From positions 29,512,001-29,576,000 of the forward strand of contig OY740800.1 of the NCBI GenBank assembly GCA_963514005.1: a DNA stretch of 64,000 nt, written 5' to 3'. Position 1 is the stretch's first letter. The number at the start of each line of letters is the position of its first letter. The position numbers were made by a program, and so were the translations under genes. Source of the DNA: Raja brachyura. Taxonomy: Eukaryota. The notes below the pieces were generated by a model, which was given only the letters and a program-made list of their open reading frames with translations, searched no databases and was not told the origin of the DNA. This document shows, in pieces, positions 51,601-60,600 of the stretch.

Positions 51601-54600
51601 GGAAAGCAAAGGCTAATTGAAGTTAGAGAAGTTGATCTTCATATCGCTGGGGTTTAAGCTACGCAAGCGAAATATTATCTGAATGGTGTCAAATTAGGAA
51701 AAGGGGAGGTGCAACGTGACCTGGTGTGCTTGTACATCAGTCACTGAAAGTAAGCATGCAGATACAGCAAGCAGTGAAGAAAGCCAATGGCATGTTGGCC
51801 TATTTTCTAGGTTCCATTGAGAGAGGATTTGAGTTTAGGTGCAAAGAGATCCTACTGCAGTTATACAGGGCCCTGGTGAGACCGCACCTAGAGTATTGTG
51901 TACAATTTTGGTCTCCTAATTTGAGGAAGGACATTATTGCTATTGAGGGAGTGCAGCGTAGGTTTACCAGGTTAATTCCCGGGATGGAGGGACTGACATA
52001 TGATGAAATAATGGGTCGACTGGGCTTGTATTCACTTGAATTTAGAAGGTTGAGAGGAGATCTTATAGAAACATATAAAATTCTTAAAGGATTGGACAGG
52101 CTAGATGCAGGAAAAATGTTGCCGATGTGGGGGAGTCAAAACCAGGGTTCACAGTTTAAGAATAAGGGGTAGGCCATTTAGGAGTGAGATGAGGAAAAAC
52201 TTTTTCACCCAGAGAGTTGTGAATCTGTGGAATTCTCTGCCATAGAAGGCAGTGGAGGCCAATTCATTGGATGTTTTCAAGGGGGAGTTAGATTTAGCTC
52301 TTAGGGCTAAAGGAATCAAGGGATATGGGGAAAAAGCAGGAATGGTGTACTAATTTTAGATGATCAGCCATGATCATCTAAAAGGTGCTGGCTCCAAGGG
52401 CCGAAAGACCTACTCCTGCACCTATTTTTATATGTTTCTATGTGCTAAACTAAACACTGCAGATTTTTTTTCAAATAAAATGCACTGAATGCATCTGCTC
52501 ACCATCAGGAGAGATGTCCTTGAGCATCTCGTAGAACTGCAGCAGGTACATCACCATGCTCAGTTTGTCCGGTTCACCCACGGATGCCATCTCCTTCCCT
52601 GTCATTATGGGCGAAATCCCAAACTCACGCTCGGCAATGTCGAATGCCAGCTGGTTATTGCTCTCCACGTTCCTCTCGTTCAGCTGCTGAAAGTCGCTGC
52701 AAGCAAACGGGAAGGAACATTGGGTTAATTGATCAATCGGTCAGGTAGTCACAGGCTTTGCTGGGTGGATTGACTGGCTGAACAAGTTGTCCTTGCACTG
52801 AAAAGTGAATCAGCTACGGTCCGGAACCGGAAAATGGGTGATCTCGCTGAAATATGGCTGACCGGGTTTGACAAGATTTTGCTCTTTGGTGGTGGTTGGG
52901 GGGGGGGGGGGGGGGGGTGGGGGGGGGAATCTAATACTAAGTAGTATTATTTCAGAATTCAGAGCTGCCTATTTAAGGTGAATTATTTACTCTCGGGGGC
53001 TGTGACTCTTTGGATGCTGAATCGCTTAATACAGGCTGAGGTAACAGAAATAATTTGAATGCAGGGCACAGGGCACACTAAGATCAGATCAATCACAGCC
53101 TTACTGAACGGCACAGCAAACTAAGCCATTAATATCTTACAATATTAATAGCAGCCTGATGTCATGAAAGGCAAGCATTCTTTACCCATCAGCCACTAGG
53201 AAGGCAGATTCCCCAGCCCTCAAAAAACGAATCAACCTGATGGCTGTATACAATGCTGTGAGTTTCCTCTCACCGTTACTGAGACTAACATTTTTTTTTC
53301 CTCCATCGGAATATCAACACCTGCAGTAAGATGCAGTGCACATCTCACCTGTTAGAGCACTCTATTATCCAGAAGGTCAAAGGAAGCAAGACTCCTCCAA
53401 GATTACTCACCATCCGCCACGTCCTTAAAAGTCCTACAACCCTCATCCCCCATCAACACTTTGAAAACAATCACTTCTAACATTTCTCAGTGGATGGTAA
53501 TAAATGCTGGCCGTGTTCCAGAAAGTAATCAAAATCTAACACATTGACCTAATTAATTCACACTGCTGACAGGACACTCGAGGATTCTGCAGTGGATTTC
53601 AGTGAGAGGCCAGCCTAGACAGGAAAACGCATCACGTACAGAAGACTCCAGTGAGACCACAACATAAGCCTCAGTTGCATCCAAACATCCCAAAATAACG
53701 TACGTGGAGCCCAAATTGAATATAATAATTGGTGCGTCACCACTGCTGCATAACCTGAGTGCCAGCAGTAAAAATTGGCTTTGTTGACGAAGGCCACCGT
53801 TTGCGGGAGAGGGGGAGCTCTGTATGTAATGGTTCCTGTTCCCCACCGGCCCCTCAAAGCAGGCAGGACGCAGCTACAGACACTCACATCTGGTCTGGGC
53901 GGTATCGATGGATGATGGCACAGAGCGCCAGTCCGCTCTTCCACGATGTCGTCAGGTCGACCACGTTGACATTCCTGTAGCCCTGCGTTTGCTTCTGGCA
54001 CCAGGCTAGCAACACATTTGACCGCGCCAAGGTGTCTGTAAACAGAAAGGAGACATTACTAGCACATGGTTTAGGGGGAGGGGGGTGAGAATGGTGTAGT
54101 TGCAGGGATTGTGATCAGAAGGGTCGGTACAGGCTAGACGGGTCATGGAAAAAAGGTGCAGCAATGGGGGTTGGTGCAGTGTTAGGTAAATCCGATCAGG
54201 ATTGTACTGGAACGGGATCGATGGTTGTTAAGGACCTTGGTGCATCGTCCGGTGTGAGATTACAAGACAGGGTGCAGGGTCAGCCCAGTGTCTGAATTTA
54301 AAGCAACCATGTCTCCGCTGAATGGGGAAATACTGTTCAGACCCATTACACTAACTTATTGACTTTTCATCCAGATATATTTTATTTGTGAGGAGGGTTG
54401 CCGATCCAACTAGGGCTTCAGGCAAGAGCTCCAGATTCCCTCTATTCTCAGGCTGAAAAGCACCACCCCACCTCGCCTTGAATCCTTCTAGTGGCTCACA
54501 ACACTGTTCTTTGACTCTCTGCCAATGGCCTGGCACCAAAACACTTACTCCCTCCCCTTGCATTGTCAGCCCTTTTCTAAACCATTGCCTCGTGCTCCTC

Positions 54601-57600
54601 TGGACTGAACTTCCTTTGACAGATTGTTGCCCTTCCGTGCAATCCATTGATAGCTCCCTGCCACCCACAGCTTTCCTCCCCACTACTAATGCCAATACCA
54701 CCGCCCAGCCAACCTTTGCACAGACTATGAAACGAATCACAACTTCACTCCCTCTGCTCCATTGGTTAAGTCTCCCTTCAGGCTCCTCTATTCTGAAGCA
54801 AAAAAACCCAGCCTTGTTAGTTTCTCTCTATATCGTGTACAAGAGAACTCAAGATGCTGGGATCTGGAGGAGAAAACAAACTGCGAGAGGAACTCAGTGG
54901 GGGAAGAGGAACAGTCGATGTTTCATGATGAGGCATCAGTTTCTCCTGATTATTAAACTCCTGCAGGCCCAGTAACGTCCTGGTTAAATGTCTCCCTGGG
55001 GATGTCACATTGTTGCTGTAAGGTATCGACAAGATCTACATTCACCACTTTGTGCTCAACACACTTTTGGCATAACTTGCCTGCTCTTGATTTCTACACC
55101 GCTGCTAGTAGGAAGAATCACCCCCGTTAACTTTATTGCCACTGTGTTGCCCAAACCTGCTACCTTCTAGGAAATGAGGATGCATCATAGATCCCTCTGT
55201 CCCTCTATGGTATCCAATCTGTGTATTGTGTCTCCCCCTTACCTGGTTTGCCCTCTCTGGGTAATGTGGTTAACCGCAAAAAAAAAATGACCACACTGCA
55301 GGAAAATAATCAATGGATTGGATGCATGGGCAAAAAAATGACAAATGGAAATCAGTTCAGAGAGCCATTAGGTCTCCACCTTGGCAATATCCTCATAAAT
55401 CCATTCTACAATCTGTCGAGCAATATCATATCCTCCCTGTGGGGTGATGACAACTTCAGCTACGCTCTGTGATTTACACACTTCCGTGATGACCATGCTG
55501 CTCTTGGCCCAGTGAAGCAATTAGTCCACCTACCTCCTCAACCGAAGATAGACACAAAAAGCTGGAGTAACTCAGTGGGACAGGCAGCATCTCTGGAGAG
55601 AAGGAACGGGTGACGTTTCTTCAGACCCTCCTCAACCCCCTTATCCATACCCAGGGATCAATAGACTTGTCTGTACACACTGCTTCCTCTCTTACAACAG
55701 CTCAGAAAGTCATGTTGCAGCTTTATAAAATCGGTGAGGCTATATTTGGAATATTGTAGACAGTTCTGGCTGCTCCGTAGCAGGAATGATGTGGAGATAT
55801 TGGAGAGGGTGCAGAAGAGGTTTATGAGGATGCTTCCCTAATCAGAGGATATTAACTATAAGCTGACATTGAACAAACTTGGATTGTTTTCTCTGGAATG
55901 AAGGAGGTTGAAGGGAGGGAGACCTGATAGAAACCTCTGACACTCCAGAGAACATAATCCAAGTTGAGGGGAGACCAGATAGAAATGATAAGTTATGAGG
56001 GACATAGATAAGTTAGACTGTCAGAACATTCACACAAAGGGTGGTGGGTGTATGGAACCTGATGAGATAGTTGAGGCTGGGACTATCCCCGCGTTTAAGA
56101 AACAGTTAGACAGGCACATGGATAGGACAGGTTTGGAGGGATATGGACCAAGCGCAGGCAGGTGGGACTAGTGTAGCTGAGACACGTGGCTGGTATGGGC
56201 AGGTTGGGCCGAAGGGCCTGTTTCTACACTGTATCACTCTCTATGACTCTATTTCTCCTAGGGTGGACATTTCAAATAGTAGAGGACATAGCTATAAGGT
56301 CAAAGGACAAAGGTTCAAAGGAGATGCACGTTTTAGCTTTTATACAGACAACGATAGGTGCCTGGAATGTCTTGTCAGGGATGGTGGTGGAAGCAGATTA
56401 TGATTGTTGCGTTTAAGAAACTTTTTGACATGCACGTTGATAGGCAGAATGGGGGGGGATGTGAAGCATGTGCAGGCAGAAAGCATTAGTTTAAGCAGGT
56501 ATCATATTCGACGCTGACATTCTGTGTTGTTAAACGTCTGTATTCTATGTTAGCAGTTAACTTTTGTACCATTTGCAATTAGTCCAATCATTCATACTTT
56601 ATATACTAAAGTTTAAATCATTGAAATATATCAGGGAAGGTGACTAGGTACTGAGACCTGTAAAGACCTTGGTATACGGTGATCCTGCCACTCAAATGTC
56701 TGAAAACATAATTGTCACAATTGTGAATCCATTTTGTGGAGGAATTGCAGAAAAGGAGCAAACATCACAGACATTGGCACTAGAGGCACAGTAAGTAGAA
56801 AAATCAGCAGTGCAATAAAACAGTCTGCAGAGGTTCTGGAAAGCAAGGTCGGAAGGATGTGCTGAGTCAGAGAGGATCTGGAATTGGTCCGTATAAGTCA
56901 GCATGGACATGGTGGGCTGAAGGTTATGTTTCTGTGACTCTAACTATATGGGCAAGGGCATACAGATATGATACGTGGGTTAGGACAGTCTGCACAGGAC
57001 CGAATGAGTCAGTCAAGAACTAGGGAGTATCAGGACCAGACTGGAAGCAACTTCACGGCACTACTAGAGGTGTGCCCGGATTAAGCTGCTGCTGAGGTTG
57101 GTTGGTTGATTGAAGAGGATTGTTCTTCCACAGTGTAGGGCCTGTGGAACTACAGGTCTGCTCCTGACTCTTTAAAGTACGCTTACATTCTCGGACATTT
57201 ATAGACCGAGCCATTGCTAAAACAACAAAATCATTGAGTGGAAGGTCACGGATGGTGACAATCCCAGTCTCCATTCCCTTGGGATCTCACATTGTACTCC
57301 TTTCACTCACCGCTGTTCTGCTTTGTGCGTGGTGACTTTGAACTTGCCGGAGGTTCGGGTGCTGTGATAAACTTTTGATCGGCTGTGATCCACAAGCGCC
57401 GTACCTGCCAAATGTAAGGGTACAGACACGTCAGTCTTGCTGCGGCTGAAGCTTTCAGCACGGGCGATAAATACCAGGGCTTTGTTGCAGTGGATTAGTG
57501 CCGATGATGTTTGAGTGTTATAATTATTACCCGCCCGTGAGGGTCAATATTAGAGAGGTAGGGACCTGGGGAAGAAGCCTTGGGTAAAGGGGCATTAGAA

Positions 57601-60600
57601 GCTGGAGCCCCTCCTGGGAGAGACCATCGTGAAGAGGAGCCAGTTCCCATTAAACCTCCAAAGCTACGGAAACGTGAGTGAGGTGGAACAGGAACTGTTA
57701 GCTGGAGAGTATCGGCCACAGGTCAGGAAGCAGGACTGCTACCAGCATCCCTTGTGCGGAATTATATTCAACTTCAGCCTCCTCTGAAAACTCATAGCCA
57801 ACTATCCCTTTCCCAATCCCACCCCTTCCATCTGCCTGATGGGTTTGGCTCGGTTCCCTGATATGTTGGGGTGACTGAAGGTTCAGGGTAGGGTGGGGGA
57901 ATTAGTCTGCTGTGAGAGGGCACAACGGATGCTGTCTGTTTTCTGTTGTACTGTTAGGGCTGGATCCTCTGTAGCAGCAGGACTAAACCTGAGGAGTGGG
58001 GTTGTGTTCATGGCAACTGCTGGGTCAGGCAGGTCAAATTTGCTGCTGTGATACAAGCTGCTGGAATTGGCTCAGTTATTGCACATTGGACGTTACTGAG
58101 GGCTAGAGCAAGGGTGATGGTTCCTCCAGCATCAGGGTGCTACGGGAGCTTGTGGGCATAGAAGATTTAACTTCCTGATGTTGGATGGGAGGTTGGATTG
58201 GATGGAAGGTGTGTTCAGATTAAGGCCGACTGCTTGATTAAGGCCGGCTGCTGCTGAGGTTGGTTGAAGTTGAAGGCCGACTGCTAAGTTTGCCTTTGGT
58301 CTGATGACGTCAGATGATGCATTGCTTCTTACGCGAAGGAAATGTGGAAATCTTCATCCTGAGATATGTTTGTGATTTTCTCATGTTCACGACCAGGCCA
58401 GCATTTATTGCCCATTCCTAATCGTCCTTGAGAAGGTGGACGATTCATTGCAGTCCATCCGTCATGGGTGCTTCTCCCCGTGCAGTAGAGTATGGCCCTT
58501 TATCTCTTGATGCATTCCAGTGCTCAGACCCTGCAATAAGGAAGCAATTGCAGGCAGGTTTGCGGGAGTCCCTCCGGAAATTGGCGTTCCCACATACCTT
58601 CTGCCCTTTTCCAAAGTGCTGGGCATTGGGGAGTATTGTGAAAAAAGCCTTGATACTTTGCCAGAGTACTTGCTGTACCGGGCACCCACCACTGCTGATG
58701 GTGGAATTAGGTTTTTAGGATGGTTTACTTTTTCCAGATTGATGTCGTACTTCCTAGGAGTCATCGGAGTGGTGCTCATCCAGACAGGTGGGGAGTGTTC
58801 TGCCCCACTCCCGCTTATCGCTTTCCAAAGGGGGAGCAGCGGCAGGGAGTCAAGTTTGAGTCGCACCCTGGGCGGCAGATGCCCTGTTTCCCAACTTCTT
58901 TTGTGGTGATAGTGAGCAGGGGCCTGGGCCAGTTAAGAGTGTGCTGATTAATGCACCCACGGTGTCAATGGTGGGTTATCAGACAATGGTAATGCCAAGT
59001 CAAGAAACTGTTGTTAGAGGCAATCATTACATGATTCATGCCTGACTTTCCCTTGTTCTTGCATCATTAAGTGAGTGACACCAAATAGAATTGACCACTG
59101 GGCAGTGAGCAGAGAAGATGCATTGACTCAAGTGGTAGTGCCTTGGATTCACTGATGTTCTGGGGACTGCAGGAATCACAATCTCTTCCTTTCACTGGAG
59201 GCTTCTCGTGTCAAAAGCTCCGTTGACTTCAGGGACAGTCTCTCACATCGGTGCTGGAGTTTGGCTCTTTGTTCATGTGTGGACCAAGAATGTAAAAATG
59301 CCTGGAGCTGTGTCGGCCTGGAGCAGCTAAACTGAACATGAGCGGGCAGGTTAGAGCTGAAGTCGGCAACACCTTCCTGCATTTGCTGCAGGAAGATGAT
59401 GGTGAAATGCTGTTCATTAACAGTTGGATTTCTCCTGCCTCTTGTTGAGAGGACACACTTGGGCGTTATTCCACACGGTCGGGTTTGTAGCAGCAAAGCA
59501 GCCCGAGGTATAGCTGCCGAGGGAGCACAAACCTTTCTTCAGTATTGGGTCTTTTGGATCTGTCGCTTCCTGGCCACTCATGCGAACCACGATACACACA
59601 AAGGATGTGATTGACTACAGCGCTGTGCTGCAGAGCAGGGATGCCTCCGGAGGAGGACAAGTGAATCAACCATCGGCTCTTCTGGATGAACAGTTCAACC
59701 TTGCTTTTCCCAGGCTCCACTATGCTGAGTTAGAAGACGGGTTCCGTTTCCCGACCCAAAACATCAGCTATCCGTGTTCTCCAGAAATGTTGCCAGACCT
59801 GCTTGCTCCAGCACTTTGTGTTCTAATTTCCACTACGCTAGGGATAGCCACGAAGCTGCCTCCTCAGACTGAAGGGCCAACTGCACATCGCTATACGCGG
59901 CATTTCAGGGCATGGATGCAGAGTTTTGACCTTGCGGGATTGTTTGCCTCGGCTTCTAAACACATCTAATCCATTGTTCGATTTCAGGCATGCCCAGTGC
60001 ATACCCCTCACTGAAGGCATGGGTAGGGACGGGTATGTCGGGCCACGAGGTTACACATTGGGGCGGTGTACATTTGCAAATGGAACAAGCTCAGATAAAC
60101 ACATAGGTTGGCATGGACGAGTTGGGCTTGTTTTGGTGGTGCTAATGGGCCAGAGTCCTCATGGACGTCCAGTTTTGATCCACCAGCATGGCTTTGAATC
60201 CATACAATCCGGCATGATTGCTGGGGCTATGTCTTAACAAGGAAGGTGCAACCATCACTGCCATGGTCAAAAGGTCCAGCAATTGATGAGGGCAAGAAAC
60301 AGGTTCATCATTAGTGGCTGGTTTACATCCAATGTAGGGGTCTTGGAAAAGGCTACGGATAGAGCCTGGATCCAGTGGAGGGCAGGAGTGTTGGAGAACG
60401 CTGTGGCTAGGACTTGGGGTTATGTTTGTGCTGTGGCGATGGGGAGGTCAGGTTGACTGCTGAACTAGGGCTTATAATAGTTCATACAGCGGTGCTGGCT
60501 TGGCTTCACTGCTGTATGACCAAAGTGGTACTGTGGTCACTGCTGTGTTGGACAGAGGAGACCATGTCTCCCAACAGACTGGAGCTGCACAAAGAGGCCC

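Noticed and set aside
57480-58320. Pro/Ser-rich coding-like minus-strand sequence
   Set aside because: Stops in all frames, and exons 61767 and 57404 already join in frame.
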